From contig CAWGMQ010000006.1 of assembly GCA_963823665.1 (NCBI GenBank), positions 256,001-320,000 on the forward strand: 64,000 nt of DNA, read 5' to 3'. The position numbers were made by a program, and so were the translations under genes. The DNA comes from an uncultured Planctomycetota bacterium. Lineage in GTDB: Bacteria > Planctomycetota > Planctomycetia > Isosphaerales > Isosphaeraceae. The notes under the pieces were generated by a model. The model was not told where the DNA came from. It made no database searches and was given only the letters and a program-made list of their open reading frames with translations. Of this stretch, positions 30,560 through 41,900 are shown piece after piece (the first letter of the stretch is position 1; each line of letters opens with the position of its first letter).

Positions 30560-30790
30560 CGTCAGAGCTCCTTCCTGTGCAATGGGCCCGCTCGGCTTTT
30601 TCCACCAGGTCGCGGACCAGCGATTCCAGTCGATCGTGATTAAACGGGCTCACCGATCCGATCATGCTACCATCCCGATCGATCACGAAGCGGCTGGGAA
30701 AACCCGTGACGCCGTAGCGCTTGATCGTCGTTCCCTTCCCCGCTGGAGCCCTCGGCCGTATCAGGATCGGGCCCGTCGAGCAATAGTCGA
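30560..30790 (-). pseudogene. C-terminal fragment of a TlpA/thioredoxin-like protein
   Basis: TTIKRYGVTGFPSRFVIDRDG matches the cis-Pro loop region of redoxins; no CxxC or start upstream in frame. Confidence 0.5.
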
Positions 30791-30801
30791 ATGGGAGCGG
30801 G

Positions 30802-31143
30802 TTACGATCCACAGGCTCCGGAAGAAGAACCAGAATCCCAGTGGCATCGTATGGATAGCGGCAACGGATTCGTCGAATTGCCATAGAGCGTGTCGACCAC
30901 GACCCCTTCGTCCACCCAGCCGAACACCGAACCGCAGAGGAAGAGAGGCGAGAACGAGGCGACTTTGAAGCGTCGCACGAGATCAAGGAAGATCCAGCCC
31001 AGCAGGCAATATGCAAACCAGGTGATCAGGAATTCCGGGAGCGTGTCCGCCGGTCGCCAGAAGGACCAGAAGACCCGTTCCGAGAAGAAAAACAGGATGT
31101 AGCCGTTGGCGAGGATGATGGCGGCTTTGCGGAGGAGGTCCAT
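30802..31143 (-). pseudogene. Truncated hypothetical membrane protein
   Basis: Three hydrophobic segments and GWVDEGVVVDTLY, then abrupt loss of coding character after PLPLSI. Confidence 0.45.
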
Positions 31144-31343
31144 GCCCCAGGAGTCTCCTCAAGTATTCGCGATGGCGCTCTTCGTCGGTCCAGTCAGGGT
31201 GAAGTTGCCGGATGCGACTCTGAATCATGATTCGCGCGGATCGATGCGCGGAATCAGCCACGCCGACTCGTTCCGCAGGCGTCTTGGCCGCCAGGATGGC
31301 CGCATCAGCGCGATCGATCACTTCGATCCGAGGTTTCTGCACC
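31130..31343 (-). CDS. Small helical protein of the type often paired with nucleotidyltransferase-like toxins; stop lost or run into the next gene
   Basis: IEVID.ADAAILAAKTPAERV..IRQLHPDWTDEERHREYLRRLLGHG pattern. Confidence 0.45.
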
Positions 31344-31633
31344 GGCGCTCCTCCGAGTGATTCCTCAAGTGGAATTATAATGCGAGACGCCAAACACGTC
31401 ACTTCTTCTCCGAAGGCTTGGCCTCGGGATACTCCACGACGTGCCGGCAACGCCCATAACCAGCGTGAGCTCGACCAGGGCATGCGTTGGCCTCAGAGGG
31501 GAATCTTGTTACGTTCAGGGTTGCTCGGACAGGCGTCAAGCGAGTCGGTCTGCGTAAGAGTTCGCGTGGCTGGTGCGCCTGTTCGTTAGTCGGACGGGCA
31601 GGCGTTTGAGCCAGCGGAGAGGAATGCAGAAAC

Positions 31634-32029
31634 GTGTCGTGGTTGGTTGTATCCATCTTCCTGGTCGTTTGGGTCTGGGCCTGGGCTACTTCTATGCGCT
31701 TTCTCTACCACGTCGCTTCGCGTGCGCTCGCAAGATGGGCCGCCGAGAGTGGACACAGTATCGAAGAACAAAGGGCTTCATTCTGGCTACATGGACCTTT
31801 CGCCTTCGAACGCGATGGATGGCAAAGGGTCTATCGCGTCAAGGTGCGCGAAAAGAATGGAGTATTGAAGGACGGCTGGGTACGCGTCGGGAGACGGTGG
31901 TGGCCTTGCTTATCGATCGCGGATTGTCCGGTCGAGGTTCGATGGGACGGAGACGAGGCACAGCCGGAACCAGCCATTCCGCCGGCACCTCCCGTGAATG
32001 ATCCGTTATGGGATCGGGAATTGGATTGA
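31634..32029 (+). CDS. Hypothetical membrane-anchored protein
   Basis: N-terminal TM; GPF..VYRVKV..GWVRVG..VEVRWD; ends DPLWDRELD, a C-terminal motif I associate with Isosphaeraceae proteins. Confidence 0.6.
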   Translation: MSWLVVSIFLVVWVWAWATSMRFLYHVASRALARWAAESGHSIEEQRASFWLHGPFAFERDGWQRVYRVKVREKNGVLKDGWVRVGRRWWPCLSIADCPVEVRWDGDEAQPEPAIPPAPPVNDPLWDRELD

Positions 32030-32094
32030 GACGGCGTTGGACGAGGAGAGCATCGTCGAATGCCGACAAGACGATTCAACCCGATTGGTTGCGC

Positions 32095-32385
32095 TTGCTC
32101 GAAGAGCCGCGGGATATCCCGGGCTCCCTGGATGATTCGGATTAATTCAATCCCGTCTTTGATGGGTCGATAGAATACGGCGTAGTTCCACACCGCGAAA
32201 TGCCTGAGATTCGGTGCATATTCCTCAGAACGTGCTCCGATTTGAGGATGCTCGGCGTGAAGCTCGCATGTCCGCTCAAACTTGGTCGCGAAGCGGTCCG
32301 CGGCGTCGGTCCGCTGGCTGTCCAGATATTCGAGGATTCCTTCCAGGTCTTCCTGGGCCTGTTCCGAGCGGATGACTCGGGCCAT
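32095..32385 (-). CDS. parE: ParE/RelE family toxin; expected stop reads CAA so the ORF runs on to 31831
   Basis: RSEQAQEDLEGILEYL..A..F..HPQIG..LRHF...YAVFYRP....ELIRIIQGARDI; start overlaps the antitoxin stop. Confidence 0.85.
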
Positions 32386-32654
32386 CACACTCCTCCGCTG
32401 CCGTTCCGTCGGCGACTGCGGACCTTCGCAAGCGTTCCCTGGACATCCAACGGCGCGACTTCGCCGCGGTCGGCCTGGTCGATGCCGATTTGAATTGTTC
32501 TCCGAACCTCGTCGAACTTCATCGCCTGAAGCTTGTCACGCTCCTCAAGAAGCCGAAGGGCCTCCCGCACGACTTCGCTAGCCGAGAGATACAAGCCGGT
32601 CTCGACCTTCTTGTGAATCAATTGTTCGAGCTCTGGTGTGAGTGACACATTCAT
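32385..32654 (-). CDS. parD: ParD family (ribbon-helix-helix) antitoxin
   Basis: MNVSLTPELEQLIHKKVETGLYLSASEVVREALRLLEERD; GGAGG RBS. Confidence 0.92.
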   Translation of the reverse strand: MNVSLTPELEQLIHKKVETGLYLSASEVVREALRLLEERDKLQAMKFDEVRRTIQIGIDQADRGEVAPLDVQGTLAKVRSRRRNGSGGV

Positions 32655-33447
32655 GGGATACCTCCTTCGCTGGTCGGAGTCGAACCTCGACTCCACAATA
32701 GCCGGAGTAGCGAACTTTGTCAAAGTTCGCTATCGACGAGGCGAGTTGGCACTGAGATCCGGCCACGTTCCGCTTGCGCAAGAAGTCGGCGATGGGGGCA
32801 TGGCGCCGGCCGGTTGAGCAGCCTTGCACAATGGGAGCTCAACGGCGCCGCACGCCGCCGGGACGGTGCGCGTGGTTACCAGGCCCACGCCAGCGCGGCT
32901 CGGCGGAAGCCTCGCACTTCCGGTTGCCCACTTGCCGGCATTTTCTTCACTCGGCGGGGCGAGCAACGGGGACGTGAAGCGCTCTTCAAAGACAGCAATC
33001 GTCTTGTCAGGTTTCTCATTGTTAAGCTCGGCACTCTTCGACCCGGTACGGGCGAGTGCAGCATTAGATGTAAATGTCAACACGAAAAAAAAGAGCCTAA
33101 TTCCTTTGCTCGCCTGGATGTGCGATTTACGGAAATTGGAAAATCGCGCATTGAAGTTGCCGGAGCGAAAAACCGGTGCATACTCTTCATTGGGAAAAGT
33201 GCGGCCCGTGCGCGGGCCGGGCTGGTGGCTTCGCGATGTTGCGAACTGTCGGGACCAACTAGCCGGTTGGCTCCTGGCTCAAGACCCCATCCCATCAGAG
33301 TTCAGGTCTTCAAGCCTCTTTCATTCCAGAGTGTGCAAGCCAGTGCAGTATTGTCTCGAAAACCCGCCGCGCTTGGCGTATCGTAAGCGGATCGGGGATT
33401 CACACGCCCCTGGCCCGCGGTTTCACTATTGATCGAAGGAACAGGCG

Positions 33448-34392
33448 ATGAGCCCTATGTCGCAGAATGATAAACAACCGGAACAGACCAATCGCAGGGC
33501 GATGCTCAGGAGTTCGGCCGGCGCGGCCGTGCTGGGCATGACGGCCCTTTCCAACAACAACCTGCGCGCGCAGGACCAACCACCCGCGGAGCACATCGTG
33601 AAAAACGGCCGTATCAAACAATCGATCGTCTACTGGTGCTTCGAGAAGCACTGGACCATGGAGCAGGCGGCCAAGGCGGCCAAGGACCTGGGCTGCCTGA
33701 GCATCGAGCTGGTCGCCCCCAAGTTCTTCCCGACACTCAAGCAGAATGGGCTCACGTGCGCAATTGGCACCATCGATATGGGCGCGGACCCGCCGTTTGT
33801 GAAGGGATTCAATAACCCCAAGTACCGCGAACAAGTGGTCAAGGCGACCACCGACGCCATCGACGCCTGCGCTGACTTTGGGTGCAAGAACGTGATCTCG
33901 TTCACCGGCATGCGCGAAGGCATTCCCGACGACCAGGGCGCGGCCAACTGTGTCGAGGGATACAAGCAGGTCGTGGGTCATGCCGAACAGAAAGGCGTGA
34001 CGCTCTGCCTCGAGATGCTCAACTCGCGCGTGAGCACGCACCCCATGAAGGGCCACCCGGGCTATCAGGGCGACCATACCGAGTACTGCATCGACATCAT
34101 CAAGCGCGTGGGCTCGCCCAACCTGAAGCTGCTCTTCGACATTTACCACGTCCAGATCATGGACGGCGACGTCATCAGCCGCATTCGCCAGCACAAAGAC
34201 TTTATCGCGCATATCCACACCGCCGGCAACCCGGGCCGCGGCGAGCTGGATGGCGATCAAGAAATCAACTACCCGCCGATCATGAAGGCCCTGCTGGAAA
34301 TCGGCTATAGCGGCTTCGTGGGACAGGAATTCATACCCACGAGAGACCCGCTGGACGGGCTGCGGCACGCTGTTGCGCTCTGCGACGTGTGA
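33448..34392 (+). CDS. Tat-exported hydroxypyruvate isomerase family (AP endonuclease 2 TIM barrel) protein
   Basis: NRRAMLR Tat signal; CLEMLNS, LLFDIYHVQIMDGD, HIHTAGNPGRGE, GQEFIP. Confidence 0.88.
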   Translation: MSPMSQNDKQPEQTNRRAMLRSSAGAAVLGMTALSNNNLRAQDQPPAEHIVKNGRIKQSIVYWCFEKHWTMEQAAKAAKDLGCLSIELVAPKFFPTLKQNGLTCAIGTIDMGADPPFVKGFNNPKYREQVVKATTDAIDACADFGCKNVISFTGMREGIPDDQGAANCVEGYKQVVGHAEQKGVTLCLEMLNSRVSTHPMKGHPGYQGDHTEYCIDIIKRVGSPNLKLLFDIYHVQIMDGDVISRIRQHKDFIAHIHTAGNPGRGELDGDQEINYPPIMKALLEIGYSGFVGQEFIPTRDPLDGLRHAVALCDV

Positions 34393-34606
34393 CGAGCACC
34401 CGCGCGGTTCGCGGCCGGCCCGGAGATTAGCTCCACGGCTGGTCCGCGGACGCGGGAGCGTGGGGCCCTGGCGCGTGCTCGATTGTGCTCACGCTGCGGG
34501 CCACAACTCTGGTCACAAAAGATTTCGCTCCCTGGTGCTGTTTCGTGATTACACTACGGGATGTCTTGCGCGCTGTGCATGTTCAATCCCCGGGCGGGAC
34601 TCTGAG

Positions 34607-36292
34607 ATGGCCAAAAGAAAACCGAAGGAACCCGAGCCGGGCGATGCGGAGCCGGTTTCGGCGGAAGAGGAGGCGGCTTCGCGCGGCGATCACCCAGACG
34701 AATCCGCGACCAAGCCTGGCGAATCATTCGACGACTCCACCCAGCAAGGCAGGCTGGATAAGAGTGACCCCGGCGAGAAAGGATTCACGCCGGAAGTCCT
34801 CGACAAGACGATCATCGCGATTCCGCTCCTCAAGGACCTCAAGAAAGAAGATGACGAAGCGAAGAAAACCGGTCAAACCGCGGCGACCAAGGCCGCGCTG
34901 CATCCGGTGATCATCGACCTGAATCTCCTGTATCCGGTCAACGGGCGAAAAGGCGCGCGAAAGAGGGTGGAGGAGCTTGTCCCGAAGGCGGTTGCCCTTA
35001 CCGGGGGAGACTCGGACGAGGAGGGCATCAACGTCGATAAGAGCAAGCTCAGCGAGCAATACCTCTTCTGCCGTTTGTCAGGCGCGACCATTCGCAAGCT
35101 GGTGGTCCTCGATAACCCTCCGAAACGCAGCGCCGGCGCGGGTGCGCACGGAAATGCGATCTATCACATCTGGCCGGACTTTCGCATCAAGGGGCTCATC
35201 AACAAATCGATCAGCACGGTGAAGGCAGACGCGGCCCATCGGTCTTTCTCGGCACTGGGCGAGAACATCGTCTGGGCCGTGATTGATTCGGGGATCGACT
35301 CCAAGCACCCCCATTTTGCGAAGCACGGCAATTGCACGTTCGATGAAACGATCGAAGCCATAGACTTCACGACTGTCGGCAAGAAAAAAGGCAATGCATA
35401 TCGCGATGTCTACGGGCACGGAACTCACGTCGCCGGCATCATCGCCGGTTGGAGCGGCGCGTCGGAGCAAGAGCCCATCAAGGTCACGTGCCGGCACCGC
35501 GACGAGCGAGGTGAAGTCGCGAGAGAAAGCCAGACGATCAAGTCTCCCATCTCGGGAATGGCGCCGCACTGCAAACTGCTTTCACTCAAGGTGCTGGACG
35601 ACAAGGGGAACGGTGAGGTCAGCAGTGTGATCGCGGCGCTCGAGCACATTCAGGAGATCAACGGTCACGGCCGGCGCATCCGGGTGCACGGGGTGAATCT
35701 GAGCGTCGGATACGACTTCGAGCCCGAGTGGTTTGCGTGTGGTCAAAGCCCGCTTTGCGTCGAAGTCAACCGGCTGGTCAAGTCGGGCGTTGTTGTGGTG
35801 GCCGCGGCCGGCAATTCGGGATATGGCTCAATCCTGCCGCAATTCCCCGGCCGTGTGAACTCGGCCGGAATCGAGCTGACGATCAACGACCCGGGCAACG
35901 CCGACCTGGCGATCACCGTCGGCTCCACGCACCGCGACATGCCGCACATCTATGGCGTCTCGTATTTCTCGTCGAAAGGGCCGACCGGTGACGGCCGTTA
36001 CAAGCCCGACATCGTTGCGCCCGGCGAGAAGATCATTTCGTGCTGCTCCAAAGACGAGGATTTGGGCGAACACCACAAAGGCGAACACTACAAAGAAGAA
36101 AGCGGCACCAGCATGGCCGCGCCGCACGTCTCGGGCGTGATTGCCGCGTTTCTTTCGATACGCAGCGAATACATCGGCTCGCCGGAGGAGGTGAAGCGGA
36201 TCTTCCTCGCAACGGCCACCGACTTGAATCGCACCCCGTACTATCAGGGGAAAGGATTGGTGGACCTGATGCGGGCTATCCAGTCGGTCTAG
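34607..36292 (+). CDS. S8 (subtilisin-like) serine protease, no signal peptide, with an N-terminal pro-region
   Basis: Catalytic triad VIDSGID / YGHGTHVAGII / SGTSMAAPHVSG; oxyanion AAAGNSG; charged N-terminus. Confidence 0.92.
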   Translation: MAKRKPKEPEPGDAEPVSAEEEAASRGDHPDESATKPGESFDDSTQQGRLDKSDPGEKGFTPEVLDKTIIAIPLLKDLKKEDDEAKKTGQTAATKAALHPVIIDLNLLYPVNGRKGARKRVEELVPKAVALTGGDSDEEGINVDKSKLSEQYLFCRLSGATIRKLVVLDNPPKRSAGAGAHGNAIYHIWPDFRIKGLINKSISTVKADAAHRSFSALGENIVWAVIDSGIDSKHPHFAKHGNCTFDETIEAIDFTTVGKKKGNAYRDVYGHGTHVAGIIAGWSGASEQEPIKVTCRHRDERGEVARESQTIKSPISGMAPHCKLLSLKVLDDKGNGEVSSVIAALEHIQEINGHGRRIRVHGVNLSVGYDFEPEWFACGQSPLCVEVNRLVKSGVVVVAAAGNSGYGSILPQFPGRVNSAGIELTINDPGNADLAITVGSTHRDMPHIYGVSYFSSKGPTGDGRYKPDIVAPGEKIISCCSKDEDLGEHHKGEHYKEESGTSMAAPHVSGVIAAFLSIRSEYIGSPEEVKRIFLATATDLNRTPYYQGKGLVDLMRAIQSV

Positions 36293-36388
36293 CGGCTGGA
36301 TGGTCAGGAGCTTGCGAGCGATCACATATTGCGGCCGGGTGCGGCCCAGGTGATCAAGCCGTTCTTTGATGGACTAAAGGAGATCATC

Positions 36389-37809
36389 ATGCCTGCAGTC
36401 GCGAATTTATCAGGGTTTCCATGTTATGAAGTTCAGTTCAAGAAGGACGGCAGCTTGAACGACGGCGCTGACCTGGACGGGCCTGTCGCGTTTATCAAGA
36501 ACAAAGAAATCACCGATCTATTCGTGATCTCTCACGGGTGGAACAACGATATGAAGGATGCCCGGGCGCTTTACAAGAACTTCTTCGCCGTCCTGCGAAA
36601 GGCTCTCGACGGCGACCAGGCGCCGCTCGAGCGCGGCCGGAAGTTCGGCGTGCTCGCGATACTCTGGCCGTCGAAGCGATTTGCCGAAAAGGCGCTCATC
36701 CCGGGCGGCGCGGCCGCGGCGAGCTCGAAGGCGAGTGCGAAGCTCGTCAAGGAACACATTGATTCACTTAAAGGATTCTTCGACGCGCCCGGGGCCGACC
36801 TTGCCCTCGAGAAGGCGAAGGAGCTGGTGCTCGATCTCGAAGACAGCGCGAGAGCTTGCGCGAATTTGCTCGCCTGATTCGCTCGGCCCTGCCGGCTGCC
36901 GGCGACGATCCGGAAGGAGCCCTGGATCACTTCATCGCGGCGGAGGGTGACTCGCTCATGGTGCGGCTCAAAGAGCCGATCGTGGTGCTTCAGGGGAAGC
37001 AAGCCGGAAAGGGTGGCGCTGCGAATCTTCTGGGGGACGCGGCGTGCGCGGCGGGCAACGCAATCGTCGATGCCGGCAAGGGGATGGCTGCCGCGGCGGG
37101 CCGGCTGCTCAATCTCACCACCTATTATCAGATGAAGGAGCGCGCAGAGATCGTCGGTCGGGGTGGCGTCTACCAGATTCTGCGGAAGATTCGCGACGCC
37201 AAGTTGAAGGTCCGTCTTCATCTTGCCGGGCACAGCTTCGGTGGGCGGCTGGTGACCTCGGCGGCGCTCGGGCCGCCGGGCGGGCCCGCGATCAAGCCGG
37301 AGACGATGATGCTCATGCAGGCTGCGTTTTCCCATAACGGTTTTGCAGCGAAATATGATGGAAAGAACGACGGTTTCTTCCGGCAGGTGGTCGCCGCGAA
37401 GCGAGTGAACGGCCCGATCTTGATCACGCACACCGCGAATGACAAAGCGGTGGGAATCGCGTATGCGCTTGCCTCGCGAATCTCGGGCGTGACGGGCGCG
37501 GCCCTGGGGGATGCGAGCGACATTTACGGCGGCATCGGCCGCAACGGGGCCGTCAAGACGAAGGAAGCAAAGTTCCTCGAGCTCGGCGAGGTCGGCACCG
37601 ATTATGATTTCGCCCCCGGAGTTCTCTATAACCTGCACGCCGACGTCATAGCCGAGCACAGCGACATCTGCAAGGCACCGGTCGTCGCCGCTTTGCTCGC
37701 GGCGGTTGCGAAGAGCGGGCCGCTTGCAAAGAGCGCACCAGCCGCGGCCTCCGCGCCCAAGAAAACAAAACCGCGAGCGACCAAGCGCGCTTCGTCTGCA
37801 ACCCGTTGA
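36389..37809 (+). CDS. Alpha/beta-hydrolase fold protein with a helical insertion; frameshift near 36857
   Basis: GGAG RBS; ISHGWNND (oxyanion HG), ILWPSKRF, TYYQMKERA, HLAGHSFGGR nucleophile elbow, QAAFSH, NDKAVG..Y, EHSDI. Confidence 0.8.
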
Positions 37810-37897
37810 GTCGGTGGTTGCCAGGACTTATGATCAGTGTTTGGTCCGATTCATCGGTGCGCGTGTTCTTCGAAGCCAAAGTTGAGATCGAGTTGCC

Positions 37898-38908
37898 ATG
37901 AAGCATCCGGAGTCGAAATCAGACTACAGGATGGTGCTGGATCCGTTGCTCGAAGGAAAGGTTGTTCCCTTCATCGGGGCGGGCGTCAACCTGTGCGGAA
38001 GGCCGCGCGACCCGGATGACGAGACGAAATTTGTTCCGTGGGAGGGTAAGTATATCCCGAGCGGCTGGGAGCTCACGGAGTACCTGGTCGAAACGTACAA
38101 CTATCCCAGGGACGAGCCACGTGATCTGTTGCGCGTGTCGCAGTACGTGGCTGTCAAGAACGGTACCGGGCCGCTTTATGAAAGGTTGCATGACGTGCTG
38201 GTGAAGGGAGACTTTCCAATCACGGCGGTGCATCAGTTCCTGGCGCGCTTACCTGCCGCGAGTAGTGCGGCGAGAAACAAGAGGCGCGACCCCAAGAAGG
38301 TGTATCCTCTGATCATCACGACCAATTATGACGACGTGATGGAGCGCGCGTTCGACGAGGTGGGCGAGCCTTATGATCTGGTGTTTTACGCGGCGCAAGG
38401 GAACGAGAAGGAGAGGTTCTTGCACCGCGCACCAGGTGAGGAACCTCGTCCGATCCTCATAGCGAACAACTATCAAATCGAAGTCGACGGCCGAGCGTGC
38501 ATTCTGCTGGACCAGCGTCCGGTGATCCTCAAGATCCACGGGGCGGTGGACCGGCGGTCCCCGGACCGGGACAGTTACGTGATCACCGAGGATGACTACA
38601 TCGACTACTTGACGCTGCCCCCTCTGACTACCTTGCTGCCCGTTCCCTTACCCGCGCGGTTGGCTCACTGCCATTTCCTGTTCCTGGGCTACAGCCTGGC
38701 GGACTGGAACATGCGCGCGTTTTTCCGCCGGATCTGGAAAGACGCAAAGCTCAGCTACAGGTCGTGGGCAGTGGAAATCCTCAACCGGAAGATCGATCAG
38801 ATGTTCTGGAGAGAGCGGAACGTGGACGTGATCGTCTCGAGTCTGGAGGATTATTTTGCCGATCTGACGGAGCTTCTCGAGTCCCCTGCGGCGGGTCCAA
38901 CTCCATGA
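37898..38908 (+). CDS. Stand-alone SIR2-like (SIR2_2) protein, predicted NADase effector
   Basis: VPFIGAGVN, IITTNYDD, ILKIHG, YVITEDDY, FLFLGYSLADWN motifs. Confidence 0.88.
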   Translation: MKHPESKSDYRMVLDPLLEGKVVPFIGAGVNLCGRPRDPDDETKFVPWEGKYIPSGWELTEYLVETYNYPRDEPRDLLRVSQYVAVKNGTGPLYERLHDVLVKGDFPITAVHQFLARLPAASSAARNKRRDPKKVYPLIITTNYDDVMERAFDEVGEPYDLVFYAAQGNEKERFLHRAPGEEPRPILIANNYQIEVDGRACILLDQRPVILKIHGAVDRRSPDRDSYVITEDDYIDYLTLPPLTTLLPVPLPARLAHCHFLFLGYSLADWNMRAFFRRIWKDAKLSYRSWAVEILNRKIDQMFWRERNVDVIVSSLEDYFADLTELLESPAAGPTP

Positions 38909-41900
38909 CGGACACGGGAAGTGCTGGCACCGTTGAGAGGCCCTTCGTCGGGCTGGCGCCATTCGCCGAGGGTGACGCGCGCTACTTCTTCGGCCGTGAC
39001 ACGGATCGGGCAGTGATCACGTCAAACCTGGTTGCCTCGCGGTTGACTGTACTCTACGGGCCCAGCGGGTGCGGCAAGAGCTCGTTGCTCGACGCGGGTG
39101 TCGTGAACCAGGTCAACAACATGGTCGTGCCGCGGCAGACTGCCGAAATAGGCAAGCCCGAGTTTGTGGTCGTGAGCTTTCACGAGTGGCGCGACCGCCC
39201 GCGGGATGCGCTGCTCGAGCGATTGCGGGCGCGCATCGAAGCCGTGGTGGGTCGAGCCATCGAGCCGCCGGGGCAAGACTTGCTGGCCGATGTTCTCGCT
39301 TCATGGTCGAGTGAGGTCAGCGGGGCGCTTTTGCTCGTGCTGGACCAGTTCGAGGATTACTTTCTTTATCACGGGCGGAAGGTGGTGGAGGGGAAGTTCG
39401 CGCACGAGCTCTCTGGCGCGATCAACCGCAGCGGTCTGCGGGCAAACTTCCTGATTTCGATTCGCGAAGACTCTCTGGCACAGCTCGACGCCTTCCAGGG
39501 GCACGTACAGAATCTGCTATCGAACACCCTTCGCCTCGACCGGCTCGACCAGAAGCGGGGCCGTGAGACGATCGTCGGGCCGATCGAGCGGTACAACGAG
39601 CTGCGCGGGAACGGCGCCCCGAAGATCACGATCGAGCCGGAGCTGGTTAACGCCGTGCTGCACGCGGTGAAGGCGGGGTCGATCAACCTCGATACCACGG
39701 GCCGCGGACGTGTGGACCAGCGTGATGAGTCGGGTGAAGATGCCGGCTCGATCGAGACAGCCTACCTGCAACTCGTCATGAGGCGGCTGTGGGAGGCCGA
39801 GATCGCCGCCGAATCACACGTGCTGCGAATGGCGACGTTCGATGCCTTGGGCCGTGCGCAACGGATCGTCGGAACGCATCTTGATACGGTGATGAAGTCC
39901 TTCGACACCGAGCGGCGCGGCATTGCTGCGGAGCTTTTTCGCTACCTGGTGACGCCGACGGGTACCAAGATCGCGCTCTCCTTGAACGACCTGGCGGGCC
40001 TGACCGGGCTGTCGGGAGAGGCCGTCGCTCCGGTGCTGGAGCAGCTTGGCTCGCCGCGTGTGAGAGTGCTGCGCGAGGTCAAGGGACCGATCGACGATCA
40101 GGCGACGCACCGGCACGAGATCTACCATGATGTCCTGGCGGGTGTGGTCCTCGACTGGAGGCGGAGGTATTCGACCGAGCGGGCCAAAAAAAGAGTGCGC
40201 CGGAACATTCTGCTTGTCAGCTCGGGCGTGCTGGTGGCATTGATCCTGCTCTTCAGCGTCCTCGAGGCAAGATACAAGGAACGAATTGCCGAGGAGAGAG
40301 CGACACTCGACGCGAAGGAGCGGGAGCTGACGGCCGTCGCGAACACGAGAATTGCCAAGGCCGAGTCCGAGGCCGCACAATCGAGCGTGCTCGCGACGGG
40401 TGCCGCGCTCGTCCTCGGTGACGACCCCGATCTGAGTCTGGCGCTGGCGCTGGCCGCAATCGGGTCTCACAGGTCTCCGACTGCGGAACGCGCCTTGCGG
40501 CAGGCGCTGGCAGCGGCTCGCGTGCGCCAGGTCGTGGGCAAGGCCGGCGGAAGCAAGCTGGTGTCGGTCGCGTACAGCCCGGATGGCCGGCAATTCGCCA
40601 CGGCGGGGGAGGATGGCAAGGCCGAGCTCTGGGACACGGCCTCCGGCGCTCCGGTGGGAAGAATCGACAACGTCGCGATCAGAGGCGCGAGCCTCGCAGC
40701 GCTTCAGTTTGTCGGCGAGGGCCAATACTTCGCCACCGTTGACGTCGGCGGGAACGTGGCTGTCTTCGACCTCTCTTCGCCGGGTATGAAGCTCGAAAGA
40801 GTCATCGGGCCTCCGAAGAGCACGAGGATGCTTGCGCTTTCATTCGCCGGCGCCGCAGCCCGAGTTGCCGTAGCGACTGATGACAAGGCCATCCGTTGCT
40901 GGGAACTTCCGTCGGGAAAGCCGCTTGTCGACAAGATTCACCCGAGCGATTCGGTAAAGGCGCTCATGCTCAGTCCGGATGGCGAGAAGCTCGCGATCGG
41001 ACTGGAAGCAGCCGCCGCGAATGGACCTGGGCACCCGGGCGGCGCGCGGGTTGGCACCGGCGACGGCGCTGGCGTGGGCGACTCGCACACGGGCGATCGA
41101 TCGACTGTGCGGATCGTCGAGCTTTCCGATCCCGATGCAGGGGCGAGCCTGAGCGAGACGGCGACAGTCACCGCCCTGGCCTTCGACCCAGACGGCAAGC
41201 GACTCGCGGTGGGCACACGCGTGGAGCAGTCGGGCGTGACGGCCCTCTCCCCCTTGCGGCTCTGGAGTTTGCAGAACAAGGCATGGCGCCACGGAGCGAA
41301 CATCCAGGGCCGGTTTGAACCCGCGGTCGTCGAATTCAACCCAACGGGGACGCTCCTGGCCACCGGCGGCAAGGATGGGTTCGCACAACTTTGGGACGCG
41401 AACCTCGGCTACCCTCGGGGCACGCTGAACTGTCAGTCTCCGATCACGCAGGTGGCATTCAGCCCGGACGGTGAACGAGTTCTCCTCGCGTCCGAGGATT
41501 TGTCGGTACGGATCTGGCCCGTCGGCACGAACGGCTCGCTGCTGGTGCTTCGTGGGCACAGGAACGATGTTCTGGATGCGGTGTTCGCGCCGGACGGTCA
41601 GACGATCGCGACCGCCAGCGCAGACGGAACTGCGCGAATATGGAATGCGTCTGCTGAATCTCCATCAATCGCACTCCCCGCCCCGGCAGCGCCGTGGACT
41701 AACGCCGTCTTCACCCCCGACAGCAAGCGCGTGATCCTGGCGGGAGCCGACAATCAATTGCGGATGGTGGAAACGACCACGGGCCAGGTCGTCGGCGAGC
41801 CGCACCCGCACCCCGCGCCGGTGATCGCCATGGACCTGAGCACAGATGGGTCGAGGCTGGCCACGGCGGGTGGTGACAGGATTGCACGGGTGTGGAATCT

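Noticed and set aside
32730..33440. ~700-bp intergenic region as a possible ncRNA or riboswitch
   Set aside because: No recognisable conserved RNA motif; only an AT-rich promoter-like patch and a degenerate REP-like hairpin near 32895-32920; an Rfam scan is needed
34373..34606. Longer N-terminal extensions from the ORF track for S8 (34373) and STAND (38764)
   Set aside because: They overlap upstream genes and look non-coding; ATG 34607 and the ATGA-coupled 38905 are better starts
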